Source: Candidatus Saccharimonadales bacterium (lineage in GTDB: Bacteria; Patescibacteriota; Saccharimonadia; Saccharimonadales; DASZAF01). Taken from it: a stretch of DNA of 64,000 nt. Position numbers and translations under genes: made by a program. The stretch is taken from NCBI GenBank assembly GCA_035945435.1, contig DASZAF010000024.1, positions 3,578-67,577 on the forward strand. The letters run 5' to 3'. This document shows, piece by piece, positions 28,301 through 36,335 of the stretch. Position 1 is the stretch's first letter. The number at the start of each line of letters is the position of its first letter. Below the pieces are notes generated by a model. It saw nothing but the letters and a program-made list of their open reading frames with translations, had not been told where the DNA came from and ran no database searches.

Positions 28301-28731
28301 TCTACGTGACAAGTATTAACATCATGTCCGGTGTGACAATCAACAATATCTCACTGGCCACAGACACGACTACAGCCTCTGGAGTTACTCATGGTTGGTA
28401 CGTTCTTCTCGACAATAACTTAGTGGTACGAGCAGTCACCGCCGATCAGACGGGTGGAAACTGGGGGACGGCGAGTACTTTTGTCACCTTGGCTACAACC
28501 GCCAGCTACACGACTACCTATACTGGGCAATACTACGTAGGTGTCATGGTTGCCGCAACGACTATGCCAACATTTTGCGCCGGATCCACTATTCGAAACC
28601 CCGTCTACAACCTCACTCCGATCTACAGTGGATCCTCGAGTTCTGGACAGACCACACCCCCGTCGACCGGCACAACCATGGCCAGTCTAGTTGGTGGTGG
28701 TAACCGCAACTATTACGCCTACCTGAGCTGA
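25336..28731 (+). CDS. Tailspike-like protein A (N-terminal RLP tag, pectate-lyase-3-type beta-helix, four tail-fibre-like repeats, C-terminal domain)
   Basis: WINVKLYGAKGDGSTDDT..IQNAINAA..VYFPQGIY beta-helix cap; Gly/Asn/Cys ladder; repeats; no signal peptide or TM. Confidence 0.8.
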   Translation: MTARLPVPGGDSGNWGAILNDFLEVSLNSDGTLLPTALQTAGVVLSSGTPSGDLAGTYAAPSVAKLSGVSISGTPSAGQSLVATSNSAATWSSVSAGSTDWINVKLYGAKGDGSTDDTTSIQNAINAATAGQVVYFPQGIYVTSKPLVLQKAVVLMGTRGSTASGYDASIDAGSIIKPSAGWTNPTYSAYASAAILMLDQTPGTGGATPGIALRDIWVDGTNSPASVDGIASFGQLQSVRLDAVGVYKATGRGIALYQDNGISPDGWHMNNCLAQNCGSDGFYGYFIDTVAVDCHAQSCGGDGIVSKGSNNRWISCRADLNTNGYTVDNPGGGGYEDSNIFVGCGTQRNQHNGMNITNSSVGGNAKRSPVIVSGCIFSEDGVNGGSGGGGYAGISVTGNNIVVIDGSSVTVGTVDVVGGCPQYGLATAAGGGVGGTPSITMNTGMLNYASGGSAINDAAPSNYLGIGPSVITVSGYQPSASAISAPYLANISGQSLTIQGTTSSVRGGLMQITQLQSGPTQPGINLTGQAVNDGLLATIVSGDTNSRVRFNADGSLTWGSGSANGDTKIQRIGNGQLQMTDGGAGYSPQLKIAASTSNATSPLLQIQNNTAGDLAYNVQVSGDSSSRYRVDSNGEMKWGPGNATQDTDLYRSALGTLKTDTAFVVGTSLTAGSVAISEGASGGDVLKITNTTSGPTDSNVKIVSAASGDNAFGANVSGDTNNRFKIDSTGKMQWGTGSANQDTDLYRNGSALLQTDGAFTVGTLLTAGQVAISEGAASSAVLRVTNTTSGPTIPVTQIVAAASGDNSVGIEVSGDTNNRFKIDSTGKIQWGSGSANQDTDLYRASAGVLQTDNSLTVSGTTTSQVVTSSGLTGAVSPSRYVGATASGHPTSGTFNTGDFVVDQTGTFWICTNGGTPGTWSSSTAGGTIDTTATDIQPDGTQAAGSIGKAADAGHIHPTLYGVKPTVALAQTIPRWAATGTGSAGTSGTLYVTSINIMSGVTINNISLATDTTTASGVTHGWYVLLDNNLVVRAVTADQTGGNWGTASTFVTLATTASYTTTYTGQYYVGVMVAATTMPTFCAGSTIRNPVYNLTPIYSGSSSSGQTTPPSTGTTMASLVGGGNRNYYAYLS
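26953..27865 (+). repeat. Four intragenic repeats (VSGD..R..+D..G...WG.G....DT.LYR)
   Basis: Copies start at 26953, 27193, 27481 and 27769 (periods 240, 288, 288 nt). Confidence 0.85.
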
Positions 28732-28734
28732 TAG

Positions 28735-30195
28735 CTATTCGAGAACACGGACTTTGATTGTGTCAGTACCGCCGATGAGTCCTGGCTGCTTTCCCGATAC
28801 AATGACGACGCGGTCGCCTTTCTTGAAGACCTCTTTCTCTTTCAGCCACATAGCCAAATCAAGGCCGGCCGAGACGCCATCCGGACGCACAAACGCCATC
28901 GTCCCGTAAAGAAGGGCCAGCTCCTGGCAAACCCGCTGGTTAGATGTCACCGCTACGATGGGCATATGGGGGCGACGAGAGGCGACCATACGCGCCGTCT
29001 TACCGGATTTTGTCTCAACAACGATAGCAGCCGCATTAATTTCGTGAGCCAGTGCCATGACCACATCGCTGATAGCGTCCTGCAGGGCATCGCTCTCCGG
29101 AAATTCGTAGATTGGTCTGACGGCTACATTTTCCTGGGTATAAAGAATGACCCGCTTCATCGTCTTAACTACTTCGACAGGATATTCACCGACAGTCGTC
29201 TCCTCGCTGAGCATGACGCTATCTGCGCCGGTGATAACTGCGTTGGCGATATCTGAAACTTCTGGGCGGGTTGGCGTTGGGTTATCTACCATACTGATAA
29301 GCATCTGGGTCGCCACGATGCTGATCTTGGCATGCTTCTGGCAGAAAGCGAGAATCTTTCGCTGGACGATTGGAACAGCCTCAGGGCTGACCTCGACTGC
29401 CAGGTCGCCGCGAGCGACCATGACAGCATCGCTGGCTTTGACGATCTCTTCGAGGACGCCATCCTGAACAGCTGCAGGGGTCTCAATCTTGGACATAATC
29501 TTGATATCTGGGCTGTAGCCGTGCTTATCGAGAAGGTGACGCAGGTGGTGCATATCCTCAGGTGTCTGGACGAAGCTGATGGCCACATAATCGAAGTCCT
29601 TGTCAGCCCCGTAAGCGATATCTTGAAGGTCTTTTTTCGTTAGGATGTCACCGCCGAAGCTGGTGTCGGGTACGTTGAAGGCTTTGTGTTGTTTGGCCCG
29701 CTGGACGAAGAGGCCTTCATTCTCCATTTCGACGTCGATGACGCCTTTACTGACTTTGGCCACCTTGCCCTTGAACTTGCCGTCAACTAGGAAGATGCGT
29801 TCCCCGACCTTAACTTTCTCACTGAGATCGTACTCAATTGGGATTATCTTGGCGTCCTCATCGAATTCGGCTCCGTACTTAAAGTGGAGGACGTCGCCCT
29901 TTTTGATCAACATCTCAGCCACAAATCCACCACATCGAATCTTAGGCCCTTGCAGGTCAAGAATTATTGCTACCGGCTTATCTAATTCAGCGCTGGCCTT
30001 TCTGATCCACTTGATCTGCTCGTTGCGCTCATCATGGATGCCATGGCTAAAGTTGAAACGAAAGACGTTCACGCCAGCTTTCATAATACCCAGGATCATC
30101 TCGTAGCTGTGGGTTGCAGGTCCAATACTGGCGACTATCTTGGTCCGCTTAAAGGCGCGTGAAGAGACTTGGGGGGCTTTTTCTGTGAGACTCAC
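28735..30195 (-). CDS. pyk: Pyruvate kinase
   Basis: TKIVASIGP, RFNFSHG, DLQGPKIR, KIE, MVARGDL, ATQM, MLSEET. Confidence 0.97.
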   Translation of the reverse strand: MSLTEKAPQVSSRAFKRTKIVASIGPATHSYEMILGIMKAGVNVFRFNFSHGIHDERNEQIKWIRKASAELDKPVAIILDLQGPKIRCGGFVAEMLIKKGDVLHFKYGAEFDEDAKIIPIEYDLSEKVKVGERIFLVDGKFKGKVAKVSKGVIDVEMENEGLFVQRAKQHKAFNVPDTSFGGDILTKKDLQDIAYGADKDFDYVAISFVQTPEDMHHLRHLLDKHGYSPDIKIMSKIETPAAVQDGVLEEIVKASDAVMVARGDLAVEVSPEAVPIVQRKILAFCQKHAKISIVATQMLISMVDNPTPTRPEVSDIANAVITGADSVMLSEETTVGEYPVEVVKTMKRVILYTQENVAVRPIYEFPESDALQDAISDVVMALAHEINAAAIVVETKSGKTARMVASRRPHMPIVAVTSNQRVCQELALLYGTMAFVRPDGVSAGLDLAMWLKEKEVFKKGDRVVIVSGKQPGLIGGTDTIKVRVLE

Positions 30196-30266
30196 TTTTT
30201 ATATCCTATTTACGTACTTGTTAGCTCTTACCCGCAGTATGCGCTCGAGAATCCCAGATAGCAAGC

Positions 30267-31214
30267 CTAGAGCTCGAGAAGCTGCTTAGGGTCCTCGCTC
30301 AGACAACGGGCCATAAAGTCTTGCGCCCGATGACGATAGTCAATCTCCGGATAGTCATTGATGGCATCAAACTGCAGCCCGATTGCCCTTGCAACCATCA
30401 CTGGTAATAGGGCAGGGTAGAGGTCGTAAAGTGATCGGGTCGACCACTCCATAAACAACTTAATAAGCCGCATCGCTCTGCCCGGATCTTCCATCCGGCA
30501 AAAGATCCGGCTATAGATGTAGGCTAGGTCGTAGTAGCGTGGCTTTGCGTAACTGGCGTGTTCACCGTCGATCAGCCATAACTGCCCTCTTGTGTCCGTC
30601 ATAAAATGCCACGGGACAAAATCGCCATGCTGAAATCTGGATTCGACAAACCGTCCGTATTGGTCAACTAAAGCAGCCGCCCGTTGGACGTCTGATTGCT
30701 GCAGCTGTCCCTCGCGAAGGGGTTTGGGAGTCCACTCCGACCAACGATGGGTGAGTGGGGGAGTAGCAGTACTCCCCTGCCCTCCCCCGAAGAAGGCCTT
30801 AACCGATTCAGCCGGAACCCGATCGACATCGATCAAGGCCTGAACGTAGGTCTCCAAATAGCGATCGAGGCTCGAGCCGAAACTGTCAGGGCCTACCCTT
30901 ACCTGCCCATCTATCCACTGCGCAACGTACCACTCCCCTGCCCCATCATTCTCGATGATACGTGGCGCTCTGAAGTTAAGAGGTCTGGTCGTGTCTATTG
31001 CCCCAATCGCCTGGCACCAACTGACATCATTCAAAAGTGCCCCCGCTCTGGCGTCCGGCGAGATCTTAAACTTGGTAAAGTAATATTCTCCGTCTTTTCG
31101 TAGCTTAGCATACGCGAAGCGGGCCGATGCCAAGCCATCAAGAGAAGAAGTTACGCGTTCGTAGCCACGATCGAGAATCTCGTCTGGTGCCGGATGGGTA
31201 GTGGGCGGTTTCAT
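30267..31214 (-). CDS. Phosphotransferase (APH/choline-kinase-like fold)
   Basis: FQHGDFVPWH, LIDGE, YYDLAY. Confidence 0.75.
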   Translation of the reverse strand: MKPPTTHPAPDEILDRGYERVTSSLDGLASARFAYAKLRKDGEYYFTKFKISPDARAGALLNDVSWCQAIGAIDTTRPLNFRAPRIIENDGAGEWYVAQWIDGQVRVGPDSFGSSLDRYLETYVQALIDVDRVPAESVKAFFGGGQGSTATPPLTHRWSEWTPKPLREGQLQQSDVQRAAALVDQYGRFVESRFQHGDFVPWHFMTDTRGQLWLIDGEHASYAKPRYYDLAYIYSRIFCRMEDPGRAMRLIKLFMEWSTRSLYDLYPALLPVMVARAIGLQFDAINDYPEIDYRHRAQDFMARCLSEDPKQLLEL

Positions 31215-31220
31215 CGAAAA

Positions 31221-31445
31221 CTAACTTGGAGTATCGGTGGGAGGAGGTGGCGGTGCTGGTTCCGCGCCCACGTCCGGAGTAATCATGGCGGCTTCGTCAT
31301 CCATTCGCGGAATCTCAACGCTTAACCAGACGTCGTCCGTGTCGCAGGTGTAATAGGTACGATCATATTTGCGGCCATTGCGATTGTTGGAGCTGATGTC
31401 ACTGTAGGTGACGCGCATGTCTTTGTCGCACTTGGGGCATTTCAT
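31221..31445 (-). CDS. Small zinc-ribbon-like protein
   Basis: MKCPKC..M...YTCDTDDVW; Pro-rich tail. Confidence 0.6.
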   Translation of the reverse strand: MKCPKCDKDMRVTYSDISSNNRNGRKYDRTYYTCDTDDVWLSVEIPRMDDEAAMITPDVGAEPAPPPPPTDTPS

Positions 31446-31513
31446 CGATACGATAGTCCTTTTGTTTACTTTTGCTCTTAGTATGCCCCGTTATGATCTT
31501 GATGACAAGGTAT

Positions 31514-32239
31514 CTAGCTGCCGTTGGTGATAGCCTGAACAGAGAAGCCAGTACAGTATTGATTGGTGTCAGCCACTTTAAGCGGGGCGGTCTGGCCGGG
31601 TAGAGTCAACTCAAGATAGCTGGCCGGGCCGGTACACTGCTCCCCATTATCTAAGGGAAAGCCGACGGTGGCGTGGGCCGCCGTTTCGGGTGTCAGGGTG
31701 ATGGTCGTGCCGGTGCCCGAGCCGGTGGCTGTACCGAGAACAGATCCGCTGGAGGTCGTCAAAGTAACCTTCGGCGGCACGCCTTCGAGCGTACAGGTCG
31801 TTGAGGATAGATTGGTCAGGATAGCATCGGCGTAGATCGTACCCGCCGTTCCATTTGGTTGGCTCAAGCTAAGGCCGAGTTCCGAATTTGTGCAGGCCGA
31901 GGGGGTGTTCGAACTCGTTGACGAGCTGGTTGATTTCGACGAACCACTGGTTTTCGTGGTCGTAGCGACCTCTTTCTGGATCTTATCTACTAGCGTCTTC
32001 AAGTTGGCGACATGCGCGTTGAGTTGTCTGATCTGAGTATCGAGTTTTATCACTTTATCGTGCTGCCAAGTATAGATGCCTCCGCAGCCGACTGCCAGAA
32101 GCAGAATGGCAATATAGGCCAGAATAAAGCGGTGGCCGTGTTTGTGTAGCGGCTTGGCATGAAGATGATGCTCGGGAGCCACTTCGTGTTTCTTCTCAAT
32201 CGGCATCTCTTCGAAGGCTTTTTGACTAGAAGGATCCAT
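31514..32239 (-). CDS. TM-WQH-coiled-coil surface protein with DUF4232-like C-domain
   Basis: TM, IYTWQHDKV, heptads, S/T linker, ACTNSELGLS..GTAGT..LTN.S..TCTLEG.P. Confidence 0.75.
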   Translation of the reverse strand: MDPSSQKAFEEMPIEKKHEVAPEHHLHAKPLHKHGHRFILAYIAILLLAVGCGGIYTWQHDKVIKLDTQIRQLNAHVANLKTLVDKIQKEVATTTKTSGSSKSTSSSTSSNTPSACTNSELGLSLSQPNGTAGTIYADAILTNLSSTTCTLEGVPPKVTLTTSSGSVLGTATGSGTGTTITLTPETAAHATVGFPLDNGEQCTGPASYLELTLPGQTAPLKVADTNQYCTGFSVQAITNGS

Positions 32240-32275
32240 GATCTTTTTATCTTGCTTACGCTACGTGCTAGTATA

Positions 32276-32944
32276 TCAGACTATGCTTCCGTCGCCAGCA
32301 AGATGGAACAGTGTACCTCCCCTACTCTCATGTTGCGCACGCCATCGACGGGTATTCTCTTCGCTCGTCACGGCTTCGGCATGGCGTGGGTAGACACAAA
32401 ATGTTTCGAGACACTGATGATCAAGCACTAGGTCGCCGAGTTCGTAGTCCGGCCCTTGTGGCATAAGTTGGGCCCATGTCACTCGGTGGGCCTGCCTCGA
32501 GCTGGTGAGGGCCTTACAGCCGAGTACGGCATAACGAGGAGGTCTCAGCGCCTTGCCTTCGGCTGACGATTGTGGCCTGGGCAATACCCAGCAGCCGGTC
32601 GCTTCATTGAAAGTGATCTTAGCGAGCTGGTCTGGGCTCATACATAGGTTGTTGAAGGTGATACCGATGCCTGCCAGAGTTCTGGCCCGAAAACCGAGAT
32701 CGGCAATAACACCTTGTTCGCTTAAACTTAACTTGGTTTCTGCCTGCCAGTCTTGGCCACTAACTCTCACCTCTAGGGCGTGCTGAGCAAGCAGCCGAAA
32801 CCTCTGCAGTTCAAGAAGTGAGAGAGCGGGGCATGGTAGAACGCGCTCGTTAAGCCTGATCCCCTCACTCGGCAAGAAGTAGTCCCCTACTTCGGGACGT
32901 GTAAGAGTTGGTGCCAGCAAGGTGCTGCCCTTTGGAATCGACAT
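32276..32944 (-). CDS. HNH (His-Me finger) endonuclease-like protein
   Basis: GCW..AHRVTW..LDHQC...CVYPRH.EAVT.EEN.RR matches the phage HNH_3 pattern. Confidence 0.7.
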   Translation of the reverse strand: MSIPKGSTLLAPTLTRPEVGDYFLPSEGIRLNERVLPCPALSLLELQRFRLLAQHALEVRVSGQDWQAETKLSLSEQGVIADLGFRARTLAGIGITFNNLCMSPDQLAKITFNEATGCWVLPRPQSSAEGKALRPPRYAVLGCKALTSSRQAHRVTWAQLMPQGPDYELGDLVLDHQCLETFCVYPRHAEAVTSEENTRRWRAQHESRGGTLFHLAGDGSIV

Positions 32945-33001
32945 AATAGAATCATTATTATCCCAGAGTCGACAACGGGGCAACCTTATGCTTTTTGATA
33001 T

Positions 33002-33736
33002 CTACTGGATCGGTTGCACGGAACTGAGAGCCGTCTTCAGAGCTGCGATATCGCTCATAAGAGTGGAGTCGACCGATGTGCTGCTACTACAGGTCGCCTG
33101 GGGCTCGGAGTAGGCAATAAAGTAGCCGTTGAACTGCTTGATAACATCCAGACCTTCAGCGCTCACACCCGTGCCAGTTCCTTTGATGATCATGCCAAGA
33201 GCAGTCCCCTGTGCATTATTAGTTGTCGAGTTTGCCGTGCACCCTGAATCCTGCGACGCTATCGATGACGCCGACACATCAGCGAATGTCTCGCCACTTA
33301 TGGTACCGCCGCCTGATGGGTCAGTTGTCGAATAGTAGTACGTCAGATCACTCAGTGAGCTTGGGACGGTGAACTCGACCCCCATCTGGGTCAGTTTGAC
33401 CGTCGTAGTCGTTGGAGTAGATGGGGTGCTTGAAGAGCTCGCCGGCTTCTTACTAAGCTGCCCATTGAGCGATCGGACCTGGTTCTCTAGGCTCATGATC
33501 TGGGTATTAAGCGAGCTGACCTGATTCGTCGCCTTGGTGACTTTCTGGTGCTGCCAGTAGTAGGTTCCGTAGAGAGCACCCGCCGCGATCAGCAGGGCGA
33601 TGATCACCAATAGTGCAGTCATCAGCTTGCTCATACCCGGACCACCAACAACTGTTGAGGGCTCTGGCTTTGATGTTGGAACTTCTTTAACGTATTTCTT
33701 CGAAGAGCTCGAGTCGTGTTCGTCGTCCATATACAA
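33002..33736 (-). CDS. TM-WQH-coiled-coil surface protein
   Basis: TM, YYWQHQKV, heptads, S/T/P linker, Cys-pair distal domain. Confidence 0.75.
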   Translation of the reverse strand: MYMDDEHDSSSSKKYVKEVPTSKPEPSTVVGGPGMSKLMTALLVIIALLIAAGALYGTYYWQHQKVTKATNQVSSLNTQIMSLENQVRSLNGQLSKKPASSSSTPSTPTTTTVKLTQMGVEFTVPSSLSDLTYYYSTTDPSGGGTISGETFADVSASSIASQDSGCTANSTTNNAQGTALGMIIKGTGTGVSAEGLDVIKQFNGYFIAYSEPQATCSSSTSVDSTLMSDIAALKTALSSVQPIQ

Positions 33737-33786
33737 ACCGCTTATGTTGCTACCATGTAACCACAGCTGGTTGGTCTGAGCAACAC

Positions 33787-34887
33787 TTACGAAGCGGTAT
33801 ATGAGATTGATTCATAGGTTGGGACGGCTTCGATAAAGACTTGCCCGGCATTCAGCTTGAGAACGTGCCCGGCAGTGTCAGTGAAGACGAACTGCGAACT
33901 GTCACTCGGTTTGGACCACGTCCCTTGGGTGACGATTCCGTCCTGGAAGAGCCACATCTGGCCACTACCAGTCGTGTCGATTACTTGTCTGTAGCCATCC
34001 TCCATAACGGTTGACTCGTTAACTTGGATGACAACCACGACTTTGGGGTTGAGCTGCTGATTATCAAGAGAGTCTATCTGTGGTGAGCCTTCTAGGTCAC
34101 GCAGATAGGTGTTGGTCGCTTTGTTATAGGTATAGTTAACCTGATAGAGGTAACTCGAGAAGTTAACCTGGATATTGGTGGCAGTCGGCACTGCGGCCGG
34201 AGCGTCAGGCTTTCGTGGAAATGGGGCAAAGTTACTGTGTGTCAGACCAAGTTTGGCGTTCAGCTCATCGAGATGGCTTGTGTCGGTGAAGACGTTATAC
34301 GGCGCCACCCGCTGGGTGATCCGCCAGAAGTACTGTGGATATCTCAGATAATCCCCGTTGAAGTAGTTACCGTTGGTAACTTCCTGTAAGGCCAGCGCGC
34401 TACCGCCGACGTGAACGATCGAAGCGTCAAAGGTAGCTCCCCAATCAAGATAGTATGGGCGGAGACTGCGAACTGGACCGATGTTGGTCGGCTCCGCCTC
34501 TTGGTAGAGTGCAAGGTAGCGGGTAATACCGCCGTCATCGATGGCTTCAAAGACAAGCCCTGCCTCGCTCAGACCCGCCTGCGGCCTGGCCGGTGGATCG
34601 TTTTCAATCATAATGGCCGTCACTGGACGAGCCGCCAAGGCAGCCGTGGTTGGTAGCCCAGTTAAGGGCGATAGAATCGGCTTCGGTGGTTTCTTAGGAA
34701 TGACCGCGGCAGTATGAATCGCCGGCTCGGATTTTGATTTGGCAGTAAAGAAATATTTATAACCAAAGTAGCCGCCAACCCCAAAGACAAGAATGCCCAC
34801 CACCGCCGATATGATGATCGTCTGCTTCTTATGGGTCTGAACCCAATACTTGAAGCGTATCCAATGTAGCTTCCGCAAAGAGGCCAT
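33787..34887 (-). CDS. DUF3048 domain protein
   Basis: SPLTG, IEN.P.ARPQAGL, GGITR, GPVRS.R.YY, HVGGS, R.APYN. Confidence 0.9.
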   Translation of the reverse strand: MASLRKLHWIRFKYWVQTHKKQTIIISAVVGILVFGVGGYFGYKYFFTAKSKSEPAIHTAAVIPKKPPKPILSPLTGLPTTAALAARPVTAIMIENDPPARPQAGLSEAGLVFEAIDDGGITRYLALYQEAEPTNIGPVRSLRPYYLDWGATFDASIVHVGGSALALQEVTNGNYFNGDYLRYPQYFWRITQRVAPYNVFTDTSHLDELNAKLGLTHSNFAPFPRKPDAPAAVPTATNIQVNFSSYLYQVNYTYNKATNTYLRDLEGSPQIDSLDNQQLNPKVVVVIQVNESTVMEDGYRQVIDTTGSGQMWLFQDGIVTQGTWSKPSDSSQFVFTDTAGHVLKLNAGQVFIEAVPTYESISYTAS

Positions 34888-34936
34888 CTTGCCACCCAGT
34901 ATAGCATCGTAAGCGTAAGTGTCTTAGCCTAAAGTC

Positions 34937-35620
34937 TTACTGTTTGAAGAACTGACCGATTATATAGCCTGCCAAGGCCGCGCCCATGCCGATAACCACC
35001 ATCTCGATAGCCGCTTTAGCCGGATTACCAAGAGTCGTCTTGGCCTTGTAGATACCGACGGCAGCCAGTGTGAGAACGGATATGGCTAAGGCCACTACCA
35101 GTGCATTATTAGCGTTATGCATAAAGAAGAACGGAATAAGCGGTAGGATAGAGCCAGCCAGTGTTGATAGGCCGACGACATAGGCAGCCTTGTAGACATC
35201 CTTCTTGCTGATCAGCTGGAGATTGAGCTCCTCACGCATCATGGTATCGACCCACAGCTTCTTGTCTGATGTGATGTGATCAACGATCTCGGTGAGCAGC
35301 TTGCCGCCGAAGCCCTTTGACTTGAAGATCTCCTCGACCTCGCTTCGCTCCTGCTCAGGATATTTGACAACCTCTTCCATCTCCCGCTTCCTTTCGGCGG
35401 CATAGTGATCTCTGTCAGCCATATTCGAGGTGTAGGCTACCGCCCCCATAGAGATACTCTCGGCAAAGGTAGCTGCAAGACCACCGGCTAAAATGATACG
35501 GATTGAGTGGGTCGAGGCGACCAGACCGAGGATAAGGCCCAAAATGGCCACCAGGCCATCTTGTCCGCCCAGAATGATATTGGCTAGGTTGTTAGTCTTA
35601 GCATGTGGCTCGTGTTCCAT
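34937..35620 (-). CDS. VIT1/CCC1 family Fe/Mn transporter
   Basis: ILGGQDGLV, AESISMG, E..E..IF..KG, MMREEL; five TMs. Confidence 0.92.
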   Translation of the reverse strand: MEHEPHAKTNNLANIILGGQDGLVAILGLILGLVASTHSIRIILAGGLAATFAESISMGAVAYTSNMADRDHYAAERKREMEEVVKYPEQERSEVEEIFKSKGFGGKLLTEIVDHITSDKKLWVDTMMREELNLQLISKKDVYKAAYVVGLSTLAGSILPLIPFFFMHNANNALVVALAISVLTLAAVGIYKAKTTLGNPAKAAIEMVVIGMGAALAGYIIGQFFKQ

Positions 35621-35657
35621 AGAGTCCTTTAAATACCTGTTTAGTGTATCGTTTTAT

Positions 35658-36212
35658 TTACTGTGGGCAAGTGATTGAAGCGAGCTTATTACTACTCAAG
35701 TTAACGGTTGTAGTTACGGTCGAGGTAGAAGTGCCGAACGATTCGGTAACCAGTACGGTCAGGTTACCTCCGCTCGTCGAACCATCAGAGACCGAGACGC
35801 TGGCAGGGACGGCTTGGGCGCAAAGGATCGGATCGGCTCCTGGCGACTTGATGCTGGCGGTCAGCCAGTTATAGAGGCCGGTCGTCATGTTGCTCTTGAT
35901 GGTGTTAATCTCGGCTTGGCTGACCCCCGGATGCTGCTGTTCATAGGTAAGAACCGTATCGTATGAGTCCTTAACAAGCCCATTCGCGCTGTTCGTTGAC
36001 TGAGATGGACTGGATGACGTCGGGAGCTTACCCTTGAGACTGGAAACCTGTTTGTTGAGATTGTTGACCTGACCTTGCAGGGTAGTAGCCTGATTACTCA
36101 GGTTATTAACCTTCTTGTGTTGCCAATAGTAGGTTGCTCCGGCTGCAGCCGCGATGACGATGAGGGACACAATCACCAGGAGAGCCGTCTTAGTGCCACT
36201 CTTACTACTCAT
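35658..36212 (-). CDS. TM-WQH-coiled-coil surface protein
   Basis: TM, YYWQHKKV, heptads, S/T linker, DPILCAQ..ITCPQ domain; start MSSKS 7 nt after TATGCT. Confidence 0.75.
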   Translation of the reverse strand: MSSKSGTKTALLVIVSLIVIAAAAGATYYWQHKKVNNLSNQATTLQGQVNNLNKQVSSLKGKLPTSSSPSQSTNSANGLVKDSYDTVLTYEQQHPGVSQAEINTIKSNMTTGLYNWLTASIKSPGADPILCAQAVPASVSVSDGSTSGGNLTVLVTESFGTSTSTVTTTVNLSSNKLASITCPQ

Positions 36213-36277
36213 ACCCCATAGCATACGATCTAGGGACGGCTATTGCAAATGAGGCAAGTCGACCCCAGTAAATACAA

Positions 36278-36306
36278 TTGACATATGCGTATTCAAAAGG
36301 TATAAT
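36278..36306 (+). promoter_or_regulatory. Consensus sigma70 promoter
   Basis: TTGACA-17 nt-TATAAT, followed by an AGGAG SD. Confidence 0.85.
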
Positions 36307-36335
36307 TTGTCTCTAAATTTAGTCAGGAGAGATAC

